A stretch of 64,000 nt of DNA. Source: Octopus bimaculoides. Taxonomy: Eukaryota. The DNA lies in contig NC_068991.1 of assembly GCF_001194135.2 (NCBI RefSeq), forward strand, positions 54,400,950 through 54,464,949, given 5' to 3'. Shown piece by piece: positions 1 through 12,633 of the stretch (positions are counted from its first letter, which is position 1; every line of letters starts with the position of its first letter). Below the pieces are notes generated by a model. It was not told where the DNA came from. It did no database searches and saw only the letters and a list, made by a program, of their open reading frames with translations. Made by a program: the position numbers and the translations under genes.

Positions 1-2635
1 TATTTAGCCTAAAGTTAGCTCTGATTCAGAAGACTTATGCTTATTCCAGCCATGACCTACTTGTCTTTGAAGAAGTATTCAGGATTACATTACTTAGATC
101 AAAGACAATCCAGCCGTGACTATCCTGTCTTTGTGTAGAGGTATCTAAGATCACATTATTTATTTTATCCTTACCTGATTTAAAACAGTAGGGATATGAG
201 AGAGATTTGGCTGCTTTTTCTAGCATATTGAATGAGTATTTAGAGCAGACAAGGGCTGTTGTTTGCAAGAAGCTGGTCGCATGAGACATGGCTCATCATT
301 TGATGGGCTACACCACTAAAAAATTTAAGGTGATTTTTCATTAGGCCTGCCATTCAGAAAGTCTTGTGGGCCACATGTTGCCTATAATTGATTCTCTCAC
401 TGGGCTATCATGCCATTGTACCCTCACACCTAGATAAGGTATACAACAAAATCAAAACTAACTCTAAATTTTGGAGTATTCTTCTCCTGGTGTCAATGTC
501 AAGAGACTTGACAATGTGGTTAATGAGTTCACTTCACAACTAAAGGTTTTTAGGTTCGATCCTACTGTACTACCGTACATCATCTTTGACATTTATTGAA
601 GCCTTGGAAGTGGGGTAGACCAAAGCCTTGTAAATGAAATTTGATTGAGAGAAACTGTGGTCTAAATGATTGTTCCTATTTTTAGATGGTAAACTTAGTC
701 TGTAGTAATGGGATGAGGTGGTGTGGTTTGCCCTAGGGTGGCACCTGATGGGGTGGCACTTGTATAAGCCAATATAGGCCCGGGACCTGTGAAGAGAGGG
801 AAATTCAAGATCTTCTCTAGGTGGCACACATACACACTTGCTATGCCACTAACCTGTAGCCAGGTTTCACACCACCATTCTGGGCCTTGTGTACACTTAG
901 TGGTGGTAAGGGGGACACTGTTGCAAACATTTGGGTCAAATCTCCAGTTTGAGAATAACTTCCTTCATCCCACCTATTTCTGAAAATGGTCTTGGGTATC
1001 TGTATCTTCCACTGACTAAGGCAAGTTCAGACATAATTGTGTGTACTGGTTAAGATGTTTACTTCACAGCAACATGGTTTCTGGTTCAGTTCTATGGCAC
1101 AGTACTATGAACAAGCATCTTCTACTGAAACCTTGAACAGCTGGATGTCTTGGAGTACTGTAAGATAACTACTCAGATTCCAGAAACTGAAGTCAGAATG
1201 ACACATGCTTAGGCTACACAATATTTCATATTACTGAGTCAGACAGAGAAAGGAATTTCTCAATATTTGTTAAGATCTTTCTCTTGCTTCTCTGTTAGAA
1301 GGCCTGATCCAGAATTACACAACTGACCAGTTTTGCACAAGCACACACACACACACACAAACTCACACATACACACATTCACACACACCAGGCAGCCATG
1401 CAACTACAGCATCAATTGCATTGAACCTAGAATTCAACTGGTAATTATTTTATCAATCCCTAAAGGAAAAAAGGCAAAGGTAGCCTCCTCACCAGAATTT
1501 GAACTCAGAGCATAAAGATATGTGAATTGCCACTATGCATTTTGCCTGATGTGCTAATGATTCTACCAGCTCACTGCCCAATAAACTATGTATAGTATGA
1601 TTGAGTTTTCTCTTTTAAACAATTGTTCGTGTCTCTTGGAATATTTTCAGCAAAAGACCAAATAAAATAACAAGCAAATCATCAATAATAGTATTACTGT
1701 GGATGAGATCTTTATGTTGTATTGTTTGTCAAATATTAATGATGAGCACGATGTCTTGTAGCTTCAGTAATAAGAAAATATGCTGGAATTGTCAATAAAG
1801 GAATTGGTTACAAATTGTTTGTACATACTAATAGCTTTGTTAGAATAATCTAACAGAGCTAACAATAATAAAAATGTACAAGATGAAAAGAAGGATTTGT
1901 AACATTTGAATATTTTTTGAATTAATCAATAGTCAAAATGTTTATACATATTGATCTTTATTCTTTATTCTTTCTGTAAGTTGTTGGAAAGGACAATGAT
2001 TTGAAGCTTATCAATAAAAGGACTATTTCCTCTTTATAGGTAACATGTTGGATGAGAGAATATCTCTCTCCATAGAAACATTCAGATAAATAAGGAAATG
2101 GCGAAGATGTTATTTGATATCTTCTATTTTTTTAATACTTATTTCAGTCATTAGACTGTGGTCAATGCTGGAGCACCACCTTGAAAAATCTTAGTCAAAT
2201 GAATTGACCCCAGTACTTATATTATTTTTAAAAGGGTACTTATTCTATCACTCTCTTTTGCCAAATCACTGAGTTACAGGAATGTAAACACACCAACACT
2301 AGTTGTCAAGTAGTGGTGATGGGCAAACACAGACATAAAAATAATCACACATGTACACACATAGTTAAGAAGTTCTCTTCACAATCATATGGTCATGAAT
2401 TTTGTTCCATTGTGGGGTACTTTGAACAAGGATCTGCTACCATGACATCAAACTGAATGATGCTATGTGACTGGAATTTGGGACCTGGAACTGAGAGAAA
2501 GCTCATCATATGAAGTTTTAGCAATGAATACTTGAAACAGTCATACTTTTTAAGAAAGATTTTCTTGAATTAAGAATTATTAATTACATAAAAAAAATAA
2601 GAAAAACAATGCAGCATATCTTTGACATATATAAC

Positions 2636-2670
<35 letters not shown>

Positions 2671-3233
2671 TACATACGCACTTACTCACACCCATGCATA
2701 TCTAGTCCAATGGTGGTCGGCCCTATGCATGTGAAACTTTCCAACACTCTCTATGCAGCCTGAGAAGGCCTATACCTCCTCTGCCACCTTTAAGTAGATT
2801 ACTGGAACTTTGGCTGCCATAACTAGATTTGGGATGAATATTGGGGTGGTTCTCCTTTGCTTTCTTTAGGCAGGTGGGATTTGAACTCAGGATGAAGAAA
2901 GTTAGAAGACAGAGGAAAACTCCCTTGTGATATTTGTTCTGCTCAAATTGCATACGCAATCCTATATCACTGTTGCTATTCTAAATGCAGTGAAACAGTA
3001 ATTGACGCATCGAAAATTTGTAATCTTGTCCTAACAGATTTTTTTGTTAAATGTTTTTAAAAATAAATATTGACACTCCTCTACCCACCCAGTCCCCCCT
3101 CATAACACCCCACCCCTTGACATTTGCCACTCACCTCCTTGTGAACTTATAATACTCCAAATGAGGTGCTACAATTGATGTTAAAAATCATTGATCTAAA
3201 TTGCTTGAATGTTAAACTTTTAAAATGCTAAAT

Positions 3234-3494
3234 TAGTGGTTCTCAGTCAGGGTCCATATGTTCCTTGAGGGTCAATGTTTAATGACAAGATTTTGTCATT
3301 AAAATTTATGTGCAATAAATTTGTTATACTTTTACAATGCACAAAATGTTTTAACAATTTTTGTTATGCAATTCCTAATAACATTTAATTCTAAAAATAT
3401 AATAGGATTCTTTTTAACATTGAATGCCTATGAGGGTCAACCCATGTAAAATAAGAACCAAAAGGGGTCATAGGTAAAAAATGGTTGATAACTA
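3234..3494. mobile_element. hAT-type MITE, degenerate
   Basis: Ends tagtggttctcagtc ... ggttgataacta resemble CAGTGGTTCTCAACC-type TIRs; AT-rich non-coding interior; no clear TSD read. Confidence 0.5.
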
Positions 3495-3548
3495 TTTTTT
3501 ATGCTTCATTTAATCACATTTCAACTTTTTTTAACTACCTTTAATATA

Positions 3549-4470
3549 TTGGGTCATCCCATAAATAATATGGGTTTTTTCAATTGCATGAACTAAAAGT
3601 CAGAGAGGGATGGAATAAACTACCTGCATCAACTTCCTATAAAAGCAGGTAGTAATTTTACCTTGTCCTTATTCTTAGTGCAAGTTTTGAAGAGTGCAGT
3701 TCGAGTTTAACAGTTATCTTTTTCAAAGTTATAATGGAAGTGACAAAGGAGCATATTCGGCATATTTTGCTTTACGAGTTCAATAAAGGCAACAATGCAA
3801 CAGAGAGTGCGAGGAATATTAATGCAGTATATGGGGATCGGACAATAAGTGTAAGCCAGTGTCAACGGTGGTTCCAGAAATTCCAATCCAGAAGCTACAG
3901 CCTAGAAGACGAGCCTTGTCCTGGAAGATCTGTAGAACTGAACGAGGGCGTCCTGCAAATCCTGGTGGAACAAAATCCCATCGTAACTGTTGAGGAACTA
4001 GCAGAAAAGCTTGGATTTGGTCAGTCAACCATTCATTGACATCTCCATGCCATCGTAAAATGACCATCTTCGGTTTCAAGATGAAAGGCATTCTTCCATC
4101 AGGATGGCCAGCCAAATACAGTGAGAATGACATTCCAAAGGCTGGAGAAGTTTGAATGGGAAACGATACCCTACCTACCATATTCGCCAGACATTGCTCC
4201 ATCTAATCATTTATTCCACAGTCTTCAAAATCATTTGGACAGAAAAAATATGAATTCTGTATACGAGGTCAGAAAAGTACTGGAGGAGTATTTTTCTTCA
4301 CAGATAAGTGAATTTTGGAAGAGGGGCCTTGCAAGTCTACCAGCTAGATGGAAGAGTATTGTAGAAAATGAAGGAGAGCATATTTTAGATTAAAAAAGAA
4401 CTTTGTTTATCTTAATTTTGAAATATAAAAGAAGTATAAAAAAAACCGCATTATTTATGAGATGACCCAA
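3549..4470 (+). mobile_element. Mariner (Tc1/mariner) DNA transposon, internally deleted, non-autonomous
   Basis: About 30 bp TIRs: ttgggtcatcccataaataatatgggtttttt at the left, aaaaaccgcattatttatgagatgacccaa at the right. TA duplications at 3547-3548 and 4471-4472. Length 922 bp versus about 1.3 kb typical. Confidence 0.95.
3734..4393 (+). pseudogene. Mariner transposase remnant: N-terminal HTH domains plus C-terminal YSPDIAPS region; central catalytic region missing
   Basis: ORF 3734-4039 MEVTKEHIRHILLYEFNKG...SLEDEPCPGRS...EELAEKLG and ORF 4121-4393 ...PYSPDIAPSNHLF...LPARWKSIVENEGEHILD. No WVPHEL or first-aspartate motif; stop codon and frameshift between the pieces. Confidence 0.93.
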
Positions 4471-4532
4471 TAAGTGATCTGACCCTTGTACTCAACAGTG
4501 TTAAGTACCTGTTTTGTACATTTAACAATTAA

Positions 4533-4752
4533 TCCTTTAGCATTTAAACCAGCTATATCTGGCCAAAATATTCTACCTATTTTCAGGTCCAAACTTGCTA
4601 GATCCAGCTTCTCACACATATCCTACAGTGTCATTCTAAAAATAACATTCACATCATCAAAATCTTAAAGCTACAAAATAATGTATCATTAATTCAAAAC
4701 AATTTGAATAAATAAGCATTACATTTGATAGAGTAGTCTGAATACTAAAGGG
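4533..4752. mobile_element. piggyBac-type MITE
   Basis: TTAA / tcctttagca ... tactaaaggg / TTAA; 220 bp; homologous copy at 6578-6790. Confidence 0.75.
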
Positions 4753-5204
4753 TTAAAGTTATATATCTAATAAAACCCTTAACACAAGCTCTTAACACAT
4801 CCAAGTCTCTTGTAAGCTTCATGTAAAATAAAAATGTTATTACATTTAAAAAGATTCTAATGAATTACGAATTTTATTGTATCAGCTTTCTCAAATGTTT
4901 GATTTTATCAACTGCAGGTGTTTCCATAAAAATTATAATTTCTATATTTCTATAACACTTTAGGCACAGGCAAGGCTGTATAGTAAGAAGCTGAACTGCA
5001 GCACCTCATTTGGGGTATTATGAGTTCACAAGGAAGTGGGTGGAAAATGTCAAGGAAGAGGAGCGTTATGAGGTGCGCAGGGTGGATAGAGTGGTGTCAT
5101 GATTTTTCTCAGAAATAAAATATTTAAACCAGGTACAATATCTATAGTTTATAGTTTAACACATTAAAAAACAATAGATTTCTGTTAGAAAAAGATTACA
5201 GGTT

Positions 5205-5326
5205 TCCCAACCACATGGTTCTAGGTTCAATCTCACTGGCACCTTGGACAAGTGTTTTCTACTATAACTCCAGGCCAACCAAAGCCTTGTGAGTGGATTT
5301 GGTAGGTGGAAACTGAAAGATGACCG

Positions 5327-5375
<49 letters not shown>

Positions 5376-5575
5376 TGTCTGTATTTGTCCCCACTACTAG
5401 TTGACAAGTGGTGTTGGTGTGTTTATGTCCAGGTAACTTAGCTGTTCAGCATAAGAGAACAATAGAATAAGCAGCAAGTTTTAAAAAGATTTTAAAAAGT
5501 ACTGAGGCTGGTTCATTTGACAAAAAAATTTTTTCATGGCTGTGGTCTAATGACCAAAACAAGTAAAAGATAAAA
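5205..5575 (+). mobile_element. tRNA-derived SINE family A (tRNA head, ccttgggcaagtg CORE-like block, (TG)n linker, aataagtac tail)
   Basis: B-box ggttcaatc/ggttcagtcc. Head fragment displaced to 4963-4993. Further copies at about 2130-2340(-), 16909-17085(+), 19100-19330(+), 29355-29900(+), 31430-31820(-), 39225-39592(-), 55270-55640(+). Confidence 0.85.
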
Positions 5576-6577
5576 GAACATATTTTTAAAATTAGCATAT
5601 TTGTATTTGTCTCCAGTATATTTTCCAAAAGATATTTCAACCTAGAATGTTATGTATCTCATATGTAGTAATCTATACTCCACATCAAATTGGAAGATAC
5701 TCGATTTAAGAGAGATTCAACATAGTTTTAGTATTCTCAGGTTACTACAGGTTTCATTTATTTGTTATTGTTTTTTTGTGTGCGCTTTTGTGTGTTGTTT
5801 TTTTTCTTTGTGGGGGTGTAATGAAGAAAGCATATTCTGGTAAGAAGTCTGTCAGAAATAGATGTTGCTATGCTTGTTCACAGCGGGTGGGCCAGAGACC
5901 TATTGAAAGAGAATGTTGACATATTTCTGTGGTTGTCCTGTTCAGTATAAAGTAGATTGACATCAAGAATCTTGCAATACAAAAAAACCAAGTACATTGG
6001 TGCATTTACATAAAATACAGGATTAGATGTTTTACAGCTGGTTGCTTTTTACCAATTCAGCTATTAACTTGTCTTGAAATGAGCATGTTATTTATTTTTA
6101 GTTAGGTTGGTTAATTGAAATAAATCTTTAACAAGAAATTAGATTCTAATATTAACACGAAAGGTTAAAGAATTGCAAGAATTTAACAAAACTGTTTTTC
6201 TTTTTATTTCTTTGATTTTGAAGGGCAAAAACACTTACCAATTACGCACCTAGGGTGTAATAACATTATTCAGAAGGGTGCACTTCTTTTCTTGGGCGGG
6301 GGGCACGTGCCCTTCAGTCCTTCTCCCTTGGGTCTACCCCCTGGGGCATCCATTCATAGAAACAATGCCAAAACAAATAATAGAGCTTGTCTTGTCAGCT
6401 CCTGTCAAACCATCCAATCCATGCCAACATGGAAAGTAGGCACTAAATGATGATGATGATGATGATGATGAAGATGGGGGTTCTTTTCTGAAGACCTTCC
6501 GTTGTTCAGTTCTATTGAGAGTTTCTTACCAATATTTGATACTGTTTTCTAATGAAGTTTATTTCCTTGTCCCCTAA

Positions 6578-6790
6578 CCCTTTAGCATTTAACTGGCTAT
6601 ATTTGGCCCAAACATTGTGCCTGTTTTATGTTCAAACTGGCCAAAGCTGGCCCCTCACACCTACACAACAATGTCATTCTAAAAAAAAAACAGTCACATC
6701 ACTGAATCTTGGAGTTATAAGATAATAGAACATTAATTCAAAACAGTAAATAAGCATGACATTTGGCAGAGTAATCTAACTGCTAAAAGG
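6578..6790. mobile_element. piggyBac-type MITE, second copy of the same family
   Basis: ctaa / ccctttagca ... tgctaaaagg / ttag; interior aligns by eye to 4533-4752. Confidence 0.7.
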
Positions 6791-7105
6791 TTAGTGATGC
6801 ATCTACCTTCGTTTATCATGGGTGTTTGGTTCCAAAAAACCAAAGAAAAGTACCATGTTAAATGGATCAGTGATAAATGACTCTGTCTCTCCCTTCTCCT
6901 ACAACTGGAGCATCCTTGTATCTCTTCAACAGCAAGTCACCTATCACTATCCTGCAAAGCGACTTCCCTCAATACTATTCCCCCATCACCACCAAGATGA
7001 GGAGACTCTGTTTTGTCATACAAGGTACTTGGTGAACATTATGATGTTGGTACCACACAAAAACATCCAGTACACTCTGTAAAGTGTTTGACGTTAGGAA
7101 GGGCA

Positions 7106-7244
7106 CAGGCACAATCATAGGAATTTTTCGAAGGAAAAGCACAAGGTTGGAAGGGAATACAGTTCCTGTAGAAAAGGGCGTAATAACATTATTCAGAAGG
7201 GGGGCACATGCCCCTCAGTCCCCCTCCCTTGGGACCACCCCCTG
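7106..7244. mobile_element. Short DNA-transposon-like insert (ending ggaccacccctg) inside an RTE-tail/SINE repeat
   Basis: Interrupts the host consensus gttaggaagggca/tccag with gggca repeated on both sides (7101-7105, 7245-7249). A related end occurs at 6221-6343. Confidence 0.5.
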
Positions 7245-7722
7245 GGGCATCCATTCATAGAAACCATGCCAGAACAAGCAATAGAGCTTGTCTTGTCAGC
7301 TCTTATCAAACCATCCAATCCATGCCAACATAGAAAGTAGGCACTAAATGATGATGATGATGATGATAGGAAAATAGGTTGTCATTCTGAAACCCTCAAG
7401 TTGTCCTGTATATTGTGGGTGGTTACTGGAGAGCGTTTTTATAGTCCAAGCAGAATCTCTGATTGATCACCAACTATATCATCACAGAACAATCCATAAT
7501 AAACACTACACGGTTCACAGTGTGCTGTACCATGTTATCCTAGATAAGTGGTGAATGAATCAGGAGTAAACAAGGACAGGTGTACCAGCTGCTAAATTTG
7601 TTTTCTTCTGTTTCACAATCATTTTTTTGTTCCTTTTATCCATTTACCCTTCACCAAAAAAAATCTTCCTCTCTGAGTATATAAATTTCTAATTTTTATG
7701 TTTTTGTTTCTTTTTTCAACAG

Positions 7723-7848
7723 GAAGACATTGTTTGTCTCAGTTGTTTAGCATCCACAGCAAGAGAAAATGATAGCGGTGAGAGATATTGTCTGGCTGCT
7801 GAAGGTTTTGGAAACCGAATTTGTTCCCTCATCAATATTTCCAATAAG
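7723..7848 (+). CDS. RyR: Ryanodine receptor, coding exon equivalent to vertebrate RYR exon 2 (126 nt, phase 0-0)
   Basis: Polypyrimidine tract + AG at 7721-7722, donor AAG/gtatgt. Translates [42 protein letters not shown]; [10 protein letters not shown] is the diagnostic RyR N-terminal motif. Confidence 0.97.
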
Positions 7849-8744
7849 GTATGTAAACAGTGATGTTTTTAACCTTATTTTTCAAGGTCTTTAATATTGT
7901 TGGGGAAAGACAGAAGGAAGGGAAAAAGGAAGGAATAAAAGGGAGGGAGAAGGAAGGAAGGAGAGAAAGAAGGAAGAAACCACAACACATGGTTACTGCT
8001 GTGGGAAGCAGCTCACCAGGATATCAAGTTATATTCAGACTGAGGATCTGAACTAAATGTCTACAATAACAGAGAGGACTCGGCTGTTATTGACATTTCA
8101 TTTTACATCAAACTTTTATCACAGATTATATATATATATATATACATAGTGCAAAGGTTCGAGAAATAAATTCTATGTGGTGAATTGGGGTAAAACTATA
8201 AAAAGAAGAAAAATCCTCAGAAGTTTTATGTTGGAAAAGAAACAAATTTTTAGGAAATAAAATATTTACATAGTCAACCAGTTTCACTTGTGTTAATCAT
8301 GACTAAGTTGTTAATGATACTGTTATAATTTCATGCTATCATAAGTTTTCATTCTATGTTAGTAGTAGGAACATTATCACTAACCATTTAGTCATGATTA
8401 GCATTAGCATAATGGCTCCACCATATTAAAGTTTTCTCTACTAAAAGGCAACATTTTAGTATTTTATACTTGTATTTGATGAAAGTTTTAATTCAAAGCT
8501 ATAATGATGTTTAGAAAAACTCTATAAGAGATGAAAGCAGTAATTATACTGAGAAGTAACGTTTATCACCAGTTCAATATGGCTGTTCCATAGGAACTGA
8601 TGTTACTGCCATTTTTAACTCCAAGAAGATGCCTCCTCTACCTGGTTATTTGATGCAATCTGCACCCAATATATATTGTAAGCAGGGGAGCAAACCCTAC
8701 CATCTTCTAGTGATGGGAATGTAACAATATTTCTTGTTAACGAT

Positions 8745-8911
8745 GGCACAGGGTGCAAAGGTGGCTGTGTGGTAAGAAGTTTGCTTTCCAACCACATGGT
8801 TTCAGTTTCAGTCTCAATCCATGGCATCTTGGGCAAGTGTCTTCAACTATTGCCTAAGGCCAACCAAAGCCTTGTGAGTGGATTTGGTAGACAGAAACTG
8901 AAAAAGCCTGT

Positions 8912-8950
<39 letters not shown>

Positions 8951-8960
8951 NNNNNNNNNN

Positions 8961-8994
<34 letters not shown>

Positions 8995-9270
8995 CTGCCT
9001 TTGTGTATGTGTCTGCCTTTGTGTATGTGTCTGCCTTTGTGTATGTGTCTGCCTTTGTGTCTGTGTTTGTCACCTACCACTGTTTGACAACTGGTGTTAG
9101 TTTGTTTACATCCACATAACTTAGCAGCTCAGCAAAATAGACTGATAGAGTAAGTACCAAGCTTAAAAAAATATAAAGTATTGGGGTTGATTTGTTCAAC
9201 TAAGATTCTTCAAGTTATAGCCCCAATATGGTCACAGTATGGTCATTTGGCTGAAACAAGTAAAAGTACA
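8745..9270 (+). mobile_element. SINE family A, near full length, with a 10-N gap in its (TG)n and an 18 bp internal tandem repeat
   Basis: gtggctgtgtggtaagaag head; (gtgtatgtgtctgccttt) about 4 times at 8985-9060; tail acaagtaaaag. Confidence 0.85.
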
Positions 9271-10049
9271 AAAAAAGGTACATTCAGGTTCATTGCTGTC
9301 TTGAATCTTTTCATTAATGCAATCTTTGCTATAACATCCAGCCTTATGGGAAGTCGTAAGTATCTTGTTGATATCTTGGAGTATCTGTTATGAATGTATG
9401 TTATTATGACTGGTCTAAAATAACTAACATTAATTATGGTAAAATAGTTCTTACAATGCCTCTTCTTGTTTGCTGCTCATGAGATACTTTGTAATTATCT
9501 CTTGCTCTTGTGTGACACAAGCATGTTCTTCAAAGTATGAAGTAGCACAGCAATCACTCATCTAAAATAAGCTACACTTCATACCTAAGTTGGTATCATT
9601 CATCCAACTTACGATATAAATGTACTGACATAATTTTTTAATGTTACACAACTCTGATGTGTGTGTATGGTTGTGTGTATGGTTTGTATATGTTAACTTA
9701 TCAAACTCATTCTCTCCATATACAAAATAGTATCCATGTCCGGAGATATCTAAATGAGTTGTTCAAACACTACAACCAGTACTTAAATATTATCAGTAAT
9801 ATATTTATTGAATCCTTGAGCTTCATATTCTGTTAGTAATATCTTCTAAGGATGATATTGTCCATCTTTTCCATACTAGGACTTGTCTATATTCTTGCTG
9901 TCACCTGGAACTGAGCAATAACCATGTGTGTTAATTAATATTATGGTCAGCAAAGATGTGGGCCTCAAGATTACAGCTTTAATGATAAAGATATTTAGAA
10001 TGGTATCATACACTTAAGGTATCTGTACCAAACGGAAAAAAAATCAATA

Positions 10050-10084
<35 letters not shown>

Positions 10085-10130
10085 ATTTATGGATAGCTAG
10101 ATAGACAATAATAATAATAATAATAATAAT

Positions 10131-10490
10131 AACAATAGCAAGAGCACTCAGAGAGCACAAACCTCTGCCAAGGCAACATTAATATCCTCTCAACGATTAG
10201 CCAGAGATGATTTTTAAAATGAGAATATCTGAAATAAACTTGACTGTTCTCACAAACGGGAATACTAAAAATGAACCCAACCTCTCTCAAAAATTAAGTA
10301 AAAAAAAACGGAAAAATAATCCAGAATCCTTGTCTGGCATTGGATCGATCCCAAAATCTAATCAGTCATGAGGCCAAACATCCCTGAAAGTTTCATCCAA
10401 ATCCATCCAGCGGTTCTTGAGATATCTTGTCCATGGACAAACAAACACGACTGAAAACAATACCTCTGCCTTCGCTAAGGCAGAGGTAAT
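10131..10490 (-). mobile_element. Helentron-associated non-autonomous element (HINE/DINE-1-like)
   Basis: Perfect 12 bp terminal hairpin tacctctgcctt-cgct-aaggcagaggta (10461-10488). The same acctctgcc motif recurs at 10161 as an asymmetric subterminal inverted repeat. aacaa..caagag end, no TSD, inserted in (AAT)n. Confidence 0.65.
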
Positions 10491-10499
10491 AATAATCCT

Positions 10500-11160
<661 letters not shown>

Positions 11161-12201
11161 TAATAGTGGATGGCATGGCTTAAGATGATAGTTCTTACAG
11201 GAAACAGTTGTTAATCCTTATCAGTAAAGGCTGATAGACTACTTACAGCTTGAAATTCCAAATATAAGTTCAGTATTTGAGAAGTTTGCCAAAGTTTATG
11301 AATCATATATTCAGAAAAAAAGAATTTTTCTTCTCTTCTTTTTTATAATCATACCATTCCAATGGCACATGACCTAATGGCTGCAGTATTATTGAACACA
11401 TGATTGCAAGATCGTAGCTTCAATTCCTGGACCAGGTGGTTCGTTTTCTTCTTAGACAAAACATTTCATTTCCATGTTACTCCAGTCCACTCAGCTGTAA
11501 ATGAGTAACCTCGCTACGGATTGGTGCCCCATCCAGGGGTAATGTTGTGATCTTGATCACTTATATGCCTCAGAATAGTGGGACTCAAAACAGTAATGCT
11601 CTGGGTTGCCTTCGATCTTTTGTTTGACCATTTCATTACATTAATCCAACCATGCCAACCATTTTTGATTTCTTTGGCTGGTTTTCATAATATGCAAAAT
11701 AGCAAGAGGTTACCAATTACCCCATATGCAATCCTCTACTTTTCAGAGCAGTACACTTGATTCTGAGAAAGTATGAGAGAATAATCAACCCCAGTATTTG
11801 AATGGTACTTATTTATTTATCAATCCTGGCGGGATAAAAAGTAAAAGTTCACCTCAATAGGAATTGAACTCAAGATACAAAGAGTCAGAATAATAATCAG
11901 AAGGCATTTATCAGATGCCCTATTGATTCTGCCAACTAATTGTCTTAGAAAACACAGAAATTTTATGTAATATACATACACACACCATCATTTTAACATC
12001 CACTTTTCCATGTTTGTCTGGGTCAGATGGAATTCACTAACATTGAGTGGAAACCCTTCTTGTTGTCAACCTTCACCTGTTTCGAAACAAGATAGTATTT
12101 CCCTATAGCTGGACATGTTTTCAACATTGGAAACGAAAGATACTGCTTGCATGACAGTATTACTCGTTAACAACTATCACACGAAGCTGAAGCAAATAGG
12201 C

Positions 12202-12238
<37 letters not shown>

Positions 12239-12582
12239 CACACACATGCACACACACACATACTTACATACACGCATACATATATACATACCCAATACTA
12301 TTGTACATAGGGTAAATATTTTTGAAAGTTGTGGTTTCTTTGATATGTTTGTTCCCAAACAACACTCATTTTAGTGCTGTTGACACCACTGGATTGAATG
12401 GTACTGCCCAGGTGTCGAAACCATAATGATATCCGTGGGGCAGCTGATGATGGGGATATGTTGGATTGCTGGTATGGCTGTTTTTGTATACGTGGAATAG
12501 CATTATAATACATCATTTTGATATATGCAAAAAGACAATTTAATATCCTATATATGTGTGTGTATGTATGTATGTGTGTGTT

Positions 12583-12633
<51 letters not shown>

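Noticed and set aside
1-7722. Search for the RyR first coding exon (M...FLRT) and promoter
   Set aside because: No matching exon or CpG-rich promoter-like region seen; presumed upstream of the window.
12370-12460. Plus-strand hammerhead-like pieces (ctgttga..ggtgtcgaaaccataatgata, then ctgatga)
   Set aside because: Core has a substitution, helix II overlaps the core, and helix I does not pair in any topology tried. A similar plus-strand near-miss at about 11180-11215 was rejected for the same reasons.
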